A stretch of DNA of 64,000 bases, from the NCBI GenBank assembly GCA_020137815.1, contig CM035351.1:9672001-9736000 (forward strand), in the 5' to 3' direction. This document shows, piece by piece, positions 37,764-59,313 of the stretch. This DNA comes from Hormiphora californensis. Its lineage: Eukaryota > Animalia > Ctenophora. The position numbers and the translations under genes were made by a program. The notes under the pieces were generated by a model. That model searched no databases. It was not told where the DNA came from and saw nothing but the letters and a program-made list of their open reading frames with translations. The number at the start of each line of letters is the position of its first letter. Within the stretch, counting starts at the first letter, position 1.

Positions 37764-39095
37764 TCATAGGGAGGGGGAGGAACTGACACCTGTGTAGTTT
37801 GTACACAAAGAAGATAACAAGATTACAAGATACAATTTTTTATAGTATATCGTCAATGGAGTGTACACACTTTTCAACAATTAAGTTTAGGATGTTTATT
37901 AGTTTCATGTATCCTGTGTTTCACAAATTCTTGAACTGAGCTGAACTGAACAGAACTGAAAAGCACTGCCTTATCCTGCACTGCCTTATCTCGCACTGGG
38001 GAATCTCTCAGATAATAATTGAACAGAACACAATCATTGTAGAGAGATTTGTTGAAGAGGTGCCTAATATGCGCTTTCGGGTACGGCCGCTACTAATTTA
38101 GGGCAGATCATCCTCCAGACGCAGTAATCACAAACAAAAAACATCTCTGTCACTTGTAGATAGTAAGATCTCGTAAATACTAGAGAAAAATTGGAGAAAA
38201 ATACAATAAAAACCAAAGATATCTGGCATTTGAAGAAAAAGTGTGTACACCCCAATAATTACACATATGTAACTCAAATAATTGTCGAATAATTAAAAAT
38301 CACAATATTTTTTCCCTGCACGGGTGGATGCCCAAGGCATCCGCCGAAGAATTCGACCCGGATGATCGTTTTAGCACGTGTGCTAAAAAGATAATTCGGG
38401 GTTTAGAAATACCTAAAACTTTTCGTATATCGTCTTATTTTGATTTATCATTAATTTTCAGCATTTTTTCAGAATTTTTTGTCGGCTAGAAATATGTGCA
38501 AAATAGGGTGTCTACTGATAAAGGAGAGGCACAATTTAAAAATTGATACCGTAATATCTCCGGTTCCTGATGAGATACAGAAACCGTTTTGGTAGCATTG
38601 AAAAGGTCTTATTGAGACCAATCCAACGCAACCAAGATCAAGTAGCTATCTTTTGAGGAACTGGAAACGTGAATTTCAATTTGCGAGACGCAGTGAGTGT
38701 GCCCAGTAAAACCAGTGCTGACAATATCGGTAGACCCCCTATTTCGAATTTTTTTCTGGCCGACAAAAAATTCTGAAAAACGCTGAAAATTAATAATAAA
38801 TCGAAATAAGACGATTATATACGAAAAGTTTTAGGTATCTTGTCAACCTTTAGAATAAGTTAAAGAAGTGTCCGTCTGTCGCCTGTCCATTGGTTAAACA
38901 TAGCAACATACAACAACATGTATGTCTGCTCCTTCCTAAATCTTTCATCTCACGACTCACGCTTCGTTGATGCAACAAAGGAAATGTTAAACACGCATTG
39001 TCGCATTGTGGCACGCAATTACTCACTGATTAGATGGCATAAAACTACTATCACACAATTGCAAGTGACTCGATTTAAGATGAGGGTAAAGTTAA

Positions 39096-39617
39096 AGTGA
39101 GAGTGGACCGACACAGAATTGGACAAGGTTGTTGTAGGTAGTAGAGATTATTTCTCTGAGCATTTTGCTTTTTTCACCCTTTTCCATCACGGAGATATAT
39201 TTGTTCATTGTTGCAATGGGAGAATGACGTCATGCATATATCTCTGTATTCTCTCTGTAGGCAGTACATCGAAAATGCCCACGCACACATACAGAACACA
39301 AGAGATAGATGCGTGACGTCATTCTCCCATTGCAACAAATATATCTCAGTAATGGAGGGGTCAAGGGCAAAATGCTCTGAGAAATAATCTCTACTACAGT
39401 CGGACCCCGATTTAACGGCACCCTCGGGGGAAAAGGTTTTGTCCGTTAAATCGGGGTAATCGCTAAATCGGGGTCAAATACTGTTGAGTTTCTATATCGG
39501 GGGAAGATTAGGCTGCCGTTAAATCGGGGTGCCGCTAAATCGGGGGCCGTTAAATCGGGGTCCGACTGTACATACCTACAATAATATTGTCCAATTCTGT
39601 GTCGGTCCACTCTCACT
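39096..39617. mobile_element. TTAA-flanked MITE (Kolobok-like family K2) containing further inserts
   Basis: TTAA|AGTGAGAGTGGACCGACAC...GTGTCGGTCCACTCTCACT|TTAA. Confidence 0.82.
39397..39568. mobile_element. Tc1/mariner-type MITE
   Basis: TA|CAGTCGGACCCCGATTTAACGG...AAATCGGGGTCCGACTG|TA; relatives at 48036-~48190 and 49222-49961. Confidence 0.85.
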
Positions 39618-40769
39618 TTAAAACACTTGGTAGCCAATTGGGGTCTTCTAAGCAACTGTTTTGGTTACCATAGCAACTGCTTTGGTTACCATTGAAACCG
39701 ACCTGGATACCATACCAACTTACATCGCATCAGCCAAAAGATGCTCTTTGAGCGCAAAATTCATTAGAAAATCCAGTTTTGAAGTCATAAATTTTACATC
39801 CATTTGTGGCAGGGAAATACCGCATTATGAATACATAATGCAATAATTCTTGTTTTTTGTGAAGTTTTTGCAATTTTAGTCGAATTTTTTAATCAAAGGA
39901 CAGGGGGCTTTGTAAATTTGCACGTGATAATCAATATCAAGTTCCTAGCAATCTTAAAACTTGAACCTGGAAGCGTTGGAAAGATAATTTTAAGACCTTT
40001 TCAACGCAACCAAGATCTAGTCTTTATCTTATCAGGAACTGGAGATATGAGCGAAAACGTATGTCAAATTGTCACGCACAAATACAACGCCGCGTGACCT
40101 CTCTGAATGTGTGGCCCCCTGTCCCTTGATTAAAAAATTTGACTTTAATGTCCTATATTATATGTATATTTGATATTTATAACTTAACAAACTTTCTCGT
40201 AGCTCCAAATATGGCAAAGAAGGGCAAAGGTAAGATATTGTTTTTAAAAACACCAACAACTGAAATTAAGTTTTTTAATATCCCGGTTTCAAAGTTTTGT
40301 TCCACGGCGGGTCACGTATCAACAGCGGGATTGTGATTTTAATTTGCCCGCTGTTGTGTGCCCGGTATCGACTAGTAAATATCGGCTAGTAAATGTAATA
40401 CATAATGTAGTATATTCCAGAGGTAATGCACAGTGCTGGAGTTGCTAAATAACAGACAAAAACACAACACAGGGAGGTTATCAAATACTAAATGTGTGAT
40501 ATTAGGGCGTCAAAAGTCTATACAATGATCGACAGAGAGGAATGTTTTATGCCCCAAAAATTCTTGTTTGTTGCTTTTGCAGCTTGTGGAAAACGTGTAC
40601 AGCCGGGATATATAATGATTTACGTATAACACCCTCGCTGCCGCTCGGGGTGTTATACGAGAAAAGATCCCTGCAGCTTCGCTGGTCGGGATCTTTCCTT
40701 TGAATAACAGTCCTGCGTGCGAGAGCAAAACCACTATAAAACGAACTGTTTTTATCATGCACTAATACT

Positions 40770-40945
<176 letters not shown>

Positions 40946-41006
40946 GTTCATCTTTAAAACCAACTTTCTCTTTCACTCACTCGACCCCTTCTCTTCCCTC
41001 TCTCTT

Positions 41007-41103
<97 letters not shown>

Positions 41104-41488
41104 ATCTCTCTCTCTCCCTCTCACTCTCTCTCACTCTCTTTCTTTCCCTCTCCTCTCTCATCTCTGCTTGTTAAGAAACGATTCACGTGAACAATTTTCC
41201 AATAACCCGATTGCTTTAAGGGTCCCGTAGTTCGATCAATCTGTCCATGTAGATGTTGTGTCCCATTGAACAGTTTGTATTTCATTTTTCTAGTTAACAA
41301 ACACACCCTGTTTTTTGCATTGTCAAAATGTTTAGTATCCAACGAAACACATTCACACATAACACTGAGCACACACAAGCACACACAGTAGTTTTTAAAT
41401 CTTTGCTTGCAACTCATGATAGCATGCTAAACTCATTTCTTCTTCAATTGACCTCTCTTTGTTGCTCCGGTTGTCCTCCTAGTTAACT

Positions 41489-49134
<7,646 letters not shown>

Positions 49135-49221
49135 GTAAGTGTGCAATGATAACATATAACAAATGAATTCATGACATTGACAAACCGACCATGACAGAGA
49201 GAAATCACACCTTAGGTATTA

Positions 49222-49961
49222 CAGTCGGACCCCGATATACCGGCATCCTCGAGGGAAGCCATTTTTGTCGGTAAATCGGGGTTCCCGGTATATCGGGGTG
49301 ATGCATTTTTGACCCTCTATGGATCTAATTTTCGCGCCCATTTATGCAAATAAGCAGTTTCAACGACACACCAAGCTTTGCTTAGCATATAAGTAGCACC
49401 AGCCTTGGTGCTTTAAATGCATTTCAAACAACAATTCATTAAGACCCGTCTGACCATTTGGTTACGAAGTCACCCCTATTATTGCAGCGCAGAGGGGGAA
49501 TTTCATTACCAATCTGACCATTAATCGGTAAATGTGTGTAGCGGCGAGGAATCACGTATTCACGTATCGTCGACTCCAATACAAGACGTATAATGATACC
49601 GTGACCTCATTAGACTTATAGGTGACGTATCGCGATCTCAACAGGCTAACAGTTTACTTGATGATTCAGGCGGGTACCTGTGTAATTTTCTACCGCTCTT
49701 CCTAATCACTGGATTAGTTGGAAAAGGTGATATATCGATACTATGGGCTCTTAGGACATATCATATGTGATTCCCCACCCCTATCCTGATTAGTCGGCAC
49801 GTATCAATTTACGATTCGATAAAGATCACATGACAGGGCTAATTAGAAAATTCAAAAATCTGAAATATTCAGTAAAAGTGGGCCAAAATAGTTCGGGAGT
49901 TTATCCTCCCGGTAAATCGGGGTTCCGGTAAATCGTGGTCTGGTAAATCGGGGTCAGACTG
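49222..49961. mobile_element. Tc1/mariner-type MITE (CAGTCGGACCCCG family)
   Basis: TA|CAGTCGGACCCCGAT...ATCGGGGTCAGACTG|TA with GGTAAATCGGGG subterminal repeats. Confidence 0.78.
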
Positions 49962-50200
49962 TACCTACATATAATAATAATAGTTATAAACTGATTCTTA
50001 AAATTTAACTGGTTTTCAAAATCCAGGACCGGAAATCAGCTCGGATTGCAAAAAAAATTTTGTGGTTATTCACCTTCATGTCCTCTTCAAATCCCCAAAT
50101 TTTCATGCTCCTATCTTTAAAATTTTTTTTGAGATGCCAAAAACGTATTTACAGGACATTTTTTAAACAGCTGTAGCAAAAATATGAATTCGACTTTTAA

Positions 50201-50668
50201 AGTGAGAGTGGACAGAAAGCTATGATCCTGAGAGTAATGGAGGTTATAAGGGACGGCAACCTGAGTAGAATGCTGTTTTGGGCATCTCCAACCGACCACA
50301 GCTGCCTGAGTTATATTTGGTACTTGCGCCCACGCGACGCAACGTAGGGCGCCAATAAATTTCACATTAACCTGCGCGGCGTCAAAAAGCCGCACAAAAA
50401 TGCAAATTATAGTAGCTACAAAAAGTATAGTAGCTACAAAAATGCAAATTATAGTAGCTACAAAAAGTATAGTAGCTACAAAAAGTTCTAAAATTTTATT
50501 TTGAAATTTTTTTTTCGAGTTTTTAGCTGCGTCGCGTGGGCGCAAGTACCGAATATAACTCAGGCAGCTGTGATCGGTTGGAGATGCCCAAAACAGCATT
50601 CTACTCAGGTTGCCGTCCCTTATAACCTCCATTACTCTCAGGATCATAGCTTTCTGTCCACTCTCACT
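50201..50668. mobile_element. TTAA-flanked foldback MITE (Kolobok-like)
   Basis: TTAA|AGTGAGAGTGGACAGAAAGC...GCTTTCTGTCCACTCTCACT|TTAA with ~140-bp arms and an internal ATAGTAGCTACAAAAA repeat. Confidence 0.85.
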
Positions 50669-51509
50669 TTAAGGGCTAAAATTGCATATTTGAGGTCTCC
50701 TTGGTATGGCCTACAACCCTACGGTGAGAGATTTCCCTGCACTCGAAAAAAAATTCGGTCGGCGTACCCTTAATGTCCTTTAAAGGACATTTTAATACGC
50801 AGCACCCCCCATTATATAACTATCTAGACCTTTCTACTGCTTTTATTTGCCGAGATCTGCAGCATACCCCTTATCTTAACTGTTTTTCACGTTCTTCCCC
50901 TAACCCCTTATGGGTTTGGGTACGGCCATCGCGCACCCCCTATACGTCGCGGGACCTCGAGACCTTTCCAACGAGCCCTAGAAAACCTCTCTACGACTTC
51001 AGTGGGCTTCAAAACTTTCACTCTAAAAATATCTATAATGGTTATGGTTTTTTAATCTGGTATTAAGGGCCTGTCGGCTCGGCTCCGTTTTTTTAGAGGG
51101 AGATGGGTTGAGTTTGGTTTATATTCGGGTCGGGGGCCTTACCAGGCCCCGAATAAAACTTACAGTAAGAAGTGGGGTGGGGGACTGGGGGTATAATGGA
51201 GTACAGTAAGAAGTGGGGTGGGGGTATAATGGAGTTTTTTCTTCTCGCGACCTCTCTCCGACCTTAGTGTCACTGAAGGCTATGTTGGGGCCCTTTGTGA
51301 AACTACGAAATTCCCAATGCCCCTTGTTTGCCCCCCAGTGCCTTCTCGGATGGAGTTTAACAGTCTATTCAATATTCATTTAAAAAGGCCGCACGAGACA
51401 GTCAAAGTAAGGGTGGGGTAGTCTAAAATTTGAATGCGAGGGCTTAGAAATCGTTTGGTTATTTCACATTGAACGTATGCCGAAGAGAGTACTCCATCAC
51501 CAAGACAGC

Positions 51510-51568
<59 letters not shown>

Positions 51569-51737
51569 CAGAGAGCGAGAGAGAGAGAGACACAGAGAGA
51601 CAGAGAGAGAGAATCCTATTTCTAGCCAACAGCAACCCTCTTGCGCTCCGTCTCTCTATCTCTCGCCCTGACGGCGATCTCTAATCAAAACTGGAGTTAA
51701 TCTAATCGAGAGAGAAAGCTGGGACTTGGTAGGTGAG

Positions 51738-51801
<64 letters not shown>

Positions 51802-52218
51802 TGGAGAGGAGAGAGAAGGAGAGGAGAGAAGAGGTAGAATGTTTGGGGACCGAGTATTACTCCTGTGAGCTTTTTCTTTAAAACCTACTCCGCATCCCCT
51901 CCCAGCTCAAGCATATTATAATAGGGGGTCCGAACTCGTTGTTTCTTTGTCAGTTTCAAGCTCAAGGTCAAACACATCCTACCTAAATATTCTAATTAGA
52001 TACTATGTGATAAGTGAGAGTAGGGAGGAAAGTTTCTGGGCACTCTTTGGTGGGTTAAAAAGTCGGAAACCGTCCTGATTATGTTTTTCCTGAAATAAAA
52101 TCTTCGAGGTCGTCCAAGATAAACGCTATCTCATTGTAATACGATGTTAGCAAGCGGGGGATTGGGATGGGGTCACCTTTCTATGGAGCGTGTGGCTATA
52201 GTTAAGTCAGTGAGACGA

Positions 52219-52342
<124 letters not shown>

Positions 52343-52699
52343 TTTGGGACCGAGTATTACTCCTGTGAGCTTTTTCTTTAAACCATACTCCGCATCCCTC
52401 CCAGCATCAAGCATATTATAATAGGGGTCCGAACTCTTTGTTCTTTGTCAGTTTCAAGCTCAAGGTCAAACAATCCTACTAAATATTCTAATTAGATACT
52501 ATGTGATAAGTGAGAGTGAAGGAATTTTCTGGGCACTCTTTGGTGGTTAAAAGTCGAAACCGTCCTGATTATGTTTTCCTGAAATAAAATCTTCGAGTCG
52601 TCCAAGATAAACGCTATCTCATTGTATACGATGTTAGCAAGCGGGGGATGGATGGGGTCACCTTTCTATGGAGCGTGTGGCTGTAGTTAAGTCAGGTGA

Positions 52700-53106
52700 A
52701 CGACACCAAAAGAAAAAAAAAAAAAAAAAAACACAAAAAGAGAGAGAGAGAGAGAGAGAGAAAGGGAAAAGGGGGAAGAGAGAAGAGAAGAGAGAGAGAG
52801 AGAAGAAGAGAGAAGAGAAGAGAAGAGAGAGAGAGAGAAGAGAGACAGAGAGAAGAGAGAGGCACAAGAGACCTAGAGAACCGAAGGAGGGGGAGAGACC
52901 CCCAAAAAGGGGAAGGCCCTTTAAACAACCGGAATCCAGAAAGGGGCTTCCCCCCCAGCATAACGATATCAAACCCCCAAATTAAAACTGGGCCCCTTTT
53001 ATTAACACGAAGGGGGAAAAAATTCCCTTTCCCGGGGGAAAAATTCAAGTTTATTTTGCAATAAAGTTGAAAAAAAAAAAAAAAGGGGGGGAGGGGGGGG
53101 GGGGGG

Positions 53107-53152
<46 letters not shown>

Positions 53153-53603
53153 AAAAGGGGAAAAAAAAAAGAAAAGGAAAAAGGGGGGGGGGGGGAAAAA
53201 ATTTGGAAGGGGGGAAAAAGGGGGGGGAAAAAAAGTCCCCCAAAAACCCAAAACCCCCCTTTTTGGGGAAACCCCCCCCCAAAAAAACCCCAAAAAAAAA
53301 ACCCCCAAAACCGGGGGAAGAAAAAATTTTGGAAAAAAAATTAAAAAAAAAAAAAAAACCCCCCCCAAAAAGGGCCAAAAAAGGGGAAAAAAAATTTTTT
53401 TTCCCCCGGGGGTTTAAAGCCCCGGGCCCCCCGGGGGGGGCCCCCCCGGGGGGCCCCCGGAAAAGGGGGAAAAAAACCCTTGGATTTCCCCCCAAAAAAA
53501 ACCCCTTGGGAAAAAAAAAAAAAGGGGGGGGAAAAAAAATTTTAAAAAAAAATTTTTTGGAAAGCCCCGGGGAAAACCCCGGGAAGGGGGAAAAAAAAAA
53601 AAA

Positions 53604-53639
<36 letters not shown>

Positions 53640-54080
53640 CCCCCCCCCTTTTTTAAAAAACCCCCCAAAAAACCCCTCCCCCCAAAAAGGCCCCCCCAAA
53701 ACCCCCGGTTTGGAAAAAAAATTTTTTTTTTTTAAAAAAAAAATTTTTAACCCCCCCCCTTTTTTTTCCCCCCCTTAAAACCCCTTCCAATTTTTTCCCC
53801 CTTTTTTTCCCCTGGGTTTTTCTTAGATTCCGCCCCCGGGGGTTTTTTCCAGATAGTTTAGGGGGTTTTTTTTTTCCCCCACCATGAGCTTTACTTCCCC
53901 TATTTTTTTTTTTTCCTTACCTTAACCAATAGGGGACCTTTTTTCAAAATACCCCCTTTTTACTTGTTCACCTACCTTTACTCCGCAGGCCCCTCCGGGC
54001 CCCCAAATCCAACAGGATCCGGCCTGGGGATTTTAAACCCCGGGGCCCCCAAAATGGGACCTTTCGGTTTCCCCTGTGGG
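52700..54080. other. Low-quality sequence or assembly artefact
   Basis: Almost entirely A/G/C/T homopolymer runs after a GA microsatellite, as in a degraded read tail. Confidence 0.85.
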
Positions 54081-54125
54081 AGTGGTGCGTGTAGTGGACC
54101 GGGGAGGAGAGAGAGAGGAGAGAGA

Positions 54126-54164
<39 letters not shown>

Positions 54165-55967
54165 GAGACAGAGAGACAGAGAGAGAGAGAGAGAGACAGA
54201 CAGAGAGACAGCGAGACAGAGAGACAGAGAGACAGAGAGACAGAGAGACAGAGAGACAGAGCGACAGAGAGACAGAGAGACAGAGAGACAGAGAGGCAGA
54301 GAGACAGAGAGGCAGAGAGACAGAGAGACAGAGAGACAGAGAGAACCATTTCTAATATAATATCTGGAAAACAATTCCCTATGGAGGTGCTTCCCCTCAT
54401 CAGTGCATATTGCCGATATCAATCACCAGCTCCTCATGCTTGTCCATGTTTTTTTAGATTTCTCTTTCTTTTTTTATAGTAGAGTCGGTAAGCACACTCA
54501 CCTCCTCTGATTTCTGTGAAACTTCTCCCATGAGGTGGTAATGGAGGTGCAAATACCGCTTAGATTAATTCTGGAAAACGTTCTTTGATTAAGGTCCTCA
54601 TTAAAAAATTATGGGGGTTTACATAAAATTTTTCTTGACCAAAAATGTGTTAACCCCCATAATTTTTGAATGAAGGCCTTAATCAAAAATCGCTACACAA
54701 GTTTCATGCTCCTTGGTCTGTAGAACAAGTGTGCTAAACGACAAGGTCTAGATCCTAGCCGTTTTCTCAGAAAGTGGTTAACCATTTGCAAAAATGGGGT
54801 CGATTTTTCCAGATTCTGTTAACACAACAAATAGAAACACGTTGGTTTACAAACAAATGTTTCGATCTTGCGATCTCATCAGTGTAGATGAGATCGCAAG
54901 ATCGAAACATTTGTTTGTAAACCAATACAACGTGTTTCTATTTGTTGTACTATCTGCTCTCGGTTCCACGCCGATAGAGCTCTCTTGTGGCCTCCGCCTA
55001 CTGAAACAACCATATTGACAGATTCTGTTAACCCCAAATAATTCAAAGACCAGTTGGAATTATGGTCTTTAAATTTGTCGAGTGATTCCTCTTGGTGAGA
55101 CGAAGCGTTTGGCACTAAATTGAATGTCCCAAACTCTACCAGTCTTAAAATAATGGGGTTTACATTGATATCAGGCCAAAAGTTAACCCCATTTTCATCT
55201 GGTCCGGTATGCCAAGCGCTATCACATGATGGTAACCCCGAAAATGGCCCAAAATGGGGGTCAAAAATCGGTCGAACCCCCCCCCCCTCTGGCCTTAAAT
55301 GTCCACCGCTACCTGCTACGCAACTGCTCCTTCATCAACAACTTCATTGACACGTTTTCATGAAATGTGTGGCACGCATTGTGGTGTAAATGCAACTTTC
55401 CTGAGCCGCGCCTGGATACCGTTCCTGGGAACGGTATCCAGGCGCTTCACACGGCAGGGAAATTCAGTGTTATGTTATGACAAAGGCAAATAATCTTGTT
55501 CCAATAAAACTCATTGACCTTGGTATATGCCTCCTTGCTGCCTGGACTTACCTCACAATACCAGACCTCCCATAACGGAGGCCCCATTGCCCCAAACAGT
55601 AATGCTCCCATCCACCCTTAACATGACTTGAATTACTCCTTCACAGCTGTATAACTGTTAGCTGTATAACTGCTAGCAAAATCTCGGTCGACCACGGTTG
55701 TGCTCACAAACAGGTGTCTGCTTCTTTATTGATTTTAGAGCAAAATGCTTTTCTTGCAGTTTCGCTTAAATATTATTATTACCAGCGTTGTGATATGACA
55801 ACAAGGAACCCTTTCTAAAATGTAAATATTGAACTAATGGCTACTCAAAATATTTTTCACATATAATAGCAGTGCATTTTCACATTGTTCAATGAGATAT
55901 CCCTGACCTGTTGCTAGAGCAAGTTAATAAGTATGAGATATGGAGATCGATGGAGAAAGAGAGATAA

Positions 55968-56195
<228 letters not shown>

Positions 56196-56550
56196 TAGAG
56201 GGAGAGATTAAAAGGGAAAGATAGAGGGAGAGAGAAAGAGAGCCAGACAATAGTATCAATCCCAGCCCTCAGTCTCGCGCTCTGTCCCAATATCAGGGTT
56301 TTCTCTATTATCTAGAAGGGAATACTTGGTCAGCACTCAGTACGCACAGAAATAAGATTCTTGTGCAGAAGGAATTTGTATAACGCATGTCTTTTGTATT
56401 TCCTAGTTCTTTTAAGTGTATGAAGGGGAACACTCACTCACGATCTCTATTATACGTGCCGACCGAATTTCATATTACGATACGATAGTTCCTTGTGCCA
56501 CAAGTTGCGGGTTTATCCTAAATACCCTCTAGAGAAGAAGAATATGTAAT

Positions 56551-57451
56551 AAGGGAGGGGGGGGGGGGGGCAAGGCCAAAAAAGCCAAACCCGCCCTGAA
56601 ATCCGGGTCTGATCTGGCTTTTTTTGATCTGGCTTTTTTAAACTTTTTTGATCTGGCTTTTTTCGCTTTTTTGATCTGGCTTATTTTGATCTGGCTCTTT
56701 TGGCCTTTTTTGCTTTTATTGGCTTTTTTTGCTTTTATTGATCTGGCTTTTTTGCTATGGCAGTTTTGATCTGGCCTTTTTTTGGCTATTTTTGATCTGG
56801 CTTTTTTTTGGCTTTTTTTTGATCTGGTTTTTTTTTTGGTTTTTTTTGATCTGGCTTTTTTATATCAAACTTTTTTCGGTATAGATTTTTTTTCCTATCG
56901 ATATAAAATTGTAAAACTAGATCAAAGAATATCAATGAATGAGATCTGTTCAGGATTAAATAGGGAGGAAAATTAGAAAAATATCTGGCGAGGGCCGGGC
57001 TCAAACCGACACGGACAACCTCTGGGTTTCGCGTCCATTGCGCTACCTATTGAGCTACCCCGCCTACAATTTTACTACATTTCCTCGCTCTATATCCTGA
57101 ACATTGCCCTTAGCTATTGCAGCATCAAATATCGGAACAAGATTTTTAATATCTTCTCAGGCTGCTATATGTCAGTTTCCCCTGTTTAACAGTTTCCGCT
57201 TCACTGCTGAACAGTAGGGCTTGTATTGTGAGAGAGAAAGTGAGATTAGCAGCCAGAGAAGATATTAAAAATCTTGTTCCGATAGATCAAAGAAGCCATT
57301 TTAAAGTGTTTTAAATGTCATACAGACCATACAATGTCAGAATTACATGCCAAAATGACCTAAAAAGTAGGGCAAAAAAACCAAAAAAAGCCAAACCCGC
57401 CCTAAAATCCGGGATTGATCTGGCTTTTTTGGCCTTGGCTCCCCTCCCCCA
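56551..57451. mobile_element. Non-autonomous element with GATCTGGCTTTTTT subterminal repeats
   Basis: Inverted ends GGGG..CAAGGCCAAAAAAGCCA / TGGCTTTTTTGGCCTTGG..CCCC and more than 10 GATCTGGC(T)n units. Confidence 0.6.
56986..57064 (-). pseudogene. tRNA-derived sequence (SINE head or tRNA pseudogene)
   Basis: Minus strand reads GGCGGGGTAGCTCAATAGGTAGCGC...GGTTTGAGCCCGGCCCTCGCCA, with A-box, imperfect B-box and acceptor-stem complementarity. The anticodon arm is poor. Confidence 0.55.
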
Positions 57452-58176
57452 TAAGGGATTGCTCATCGCTCGTATTTCAAAGATTTCTTCCTGCACACAA
57501 CTGTTTCCTGTTTTACGGTAAAATACATGTCTGTAGGTAAATTTTTTACCTACAGTCATGTACAGGGTGTTCATATGGGATATTTACACGCGTTGGCCTT
57601 CAGATGGTATAGAAATTACATGTTTTTCTGGTAAATTAAGACCACCGGGGCGATTCGAACCACTTGTTATGTTCTAACCCTCGGAGCGTGTGAAGAGAGG
57701 GTCGAGCTACTAGCTCAGCTAGGCAATGAACCACCGGGGCAATTTGGTTATTACACCGGGGCAATTTGGTAAGTGGACCGGGGCAATTCGGTTAATAAAC
57801 CGGAGCAATTTGGCTAACAAACTAACGTTAAAGTTAATTATTTTATCTTTTAATTAAAATTAAAAGATAAAATAGTTAACTTTAAGCCTATATAATTTTT
57901 TTGGATGTATCTTTATTAAATGCAAATGGGGGTAAGAAGTTTTATGGAGTTCGACAGATATTTGAGGTTAACTTGTTTTAAAAAAACACATTTAAAAAAA
58001 ATATCTTGGCCCCTGTACATTTCCTCAAAAACCACTTATCCGTTGACCGCACCGTCTGGCAGGGAAGTTCTTCGTATCAGTCCGCACAAAAGTGGTGTAG
58101 CGATTTTTGAGATGTATCTGTTCTGGTTTGAAAGTTATGAAAATACCCTGTAACCAATTAGGCCTAATTAAGTCAA

Positions 58177-58780
58177 TTTTTTCCCTGCCCGGGTGATCTT
58201 TTTAGCATGCACGTGCTAAAAAGATCATTCAGGGTTTAGAAATCAGCAGATTGTGTAGTTAACTAAAAGTGTCCGTCCGTCACGGACAACGCCTAACAAC
58301 AAGGCTGCTCCTTCATAAAACTTTCATCTCACGCTTCGTTGATTCAACAAAGGAAATGATTAACACACATTGTGGCGTGCAATTACTCGCTGATAGCACT
58401 TCCCACTATCACCTGAAATCACTTTGGGCGCCCTACAGCCATGCTATGAAGTGATAGAACGTCTTTCAAGCATGAAACTACTGTCACTAGTGACTCGAGT
58501 TGAGATGCGGTTAAAGTTGAAGCACTTGGTAACCAACTGGGGTCTCCTAACCAACTGACTTGGTTGCCATAGCAACTGTACTGGTTACCATAGGAACTGA
58601 CTTGGTTGCCATAGCAACTTACCTAGTTACCTTAGTAACCAACATCGCATCAGCCTGAGCCGAATGCTCTCTGAGCACAAAATTCATCAGGAAATCCAGT
58701 TTTGAAGCTTATTCATCAATTTTAAATCCAGTTGGCAGGGAAACACCGCATTATGAATACATAATGCAATAATTCTTGTT
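58177..58780 (+). mobile_element. HINE family A, uninterrupted copy
   Basis: TTTTTTCCCTGCCC, hairpin, CAGGGTTTAG, GTCCGTCCGTC, then 3' GGCAGGGAAA, GCATTATG-AATA-CATAATGC stem-loop and AATAATTCTTGTT. Confidence 0.75.
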
Positions 58781-58908
58781 CATCACCGATATTGAGACAA
58801 ACTAAGGGGGTTTTTCTAGGGACCCTATAGAGTACCCTGGAAGTGGAATTGAATTGGCTTTAGAACGTTTTTTGCCGAAAAGTCGACGCGTCATATTACC
58901 GGACTTAA

Positions 58909-59313
58909 AGTGAGAGGTGCACAAAAACGAAATTTGGAATAATGTCTAAACTAATTGTTTGTTACATTCCTTGGTGTCCAATTAAAAGTTTGGTGAAAAG
59001 ATGACGTCTCTATATGGTGTTTGAAATTCCTTCATAACTAGGAACGCGTATACACGTGAAAGCTTCAAACACAAGTTAGAAGCATGGGACCTTCATTAAA
59101 GTGTTCCTTGGATCAAAAGAAACAAGTTGGTGAAGGTTCCATGCTTCTAACTTGTGTTTGAAGCTTTCACGTGCAAGTTCCTAGTTATGAAGGAATTTCA
59201 AACACAACATAGAGACGTAATCTTTTCACCAAACTTTTAATTGGACACCAAGGATTGTAACAAACAATTAGTTTAGACATTATTTCAAATTTCGTTTTCG
59301 TGCACCTCTCACT
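58909..59313. mobile_element. TTAA-flanked foldback MITE (Kolobok-like family K1)
   Basis: TTAA|AGTGAGAGGTGCAC...GTGCACCTCTCACT|TTAA; homologous to 33839-34248. Confidence 0.85.

Larger units (their letters stand above)
38308..39858 (+). mobile_element. HINE family A copy interrupted by nested MITEs
   Basis: 5' TTTTTTCCCTGC, a GTCCGTCTGTC tract at 38868, and 3' GGCAGGGAAA + stem-loop + CTTGTTTTTT. It aligns with 58177-58780 once the inserts are removed. Confidence 0.72.

Noticed and set aside
52692-54080. Lys/Gly/Pro/Phe-rich ORFs
   Set aside because: Homopolymer noise from low-quality sequence.
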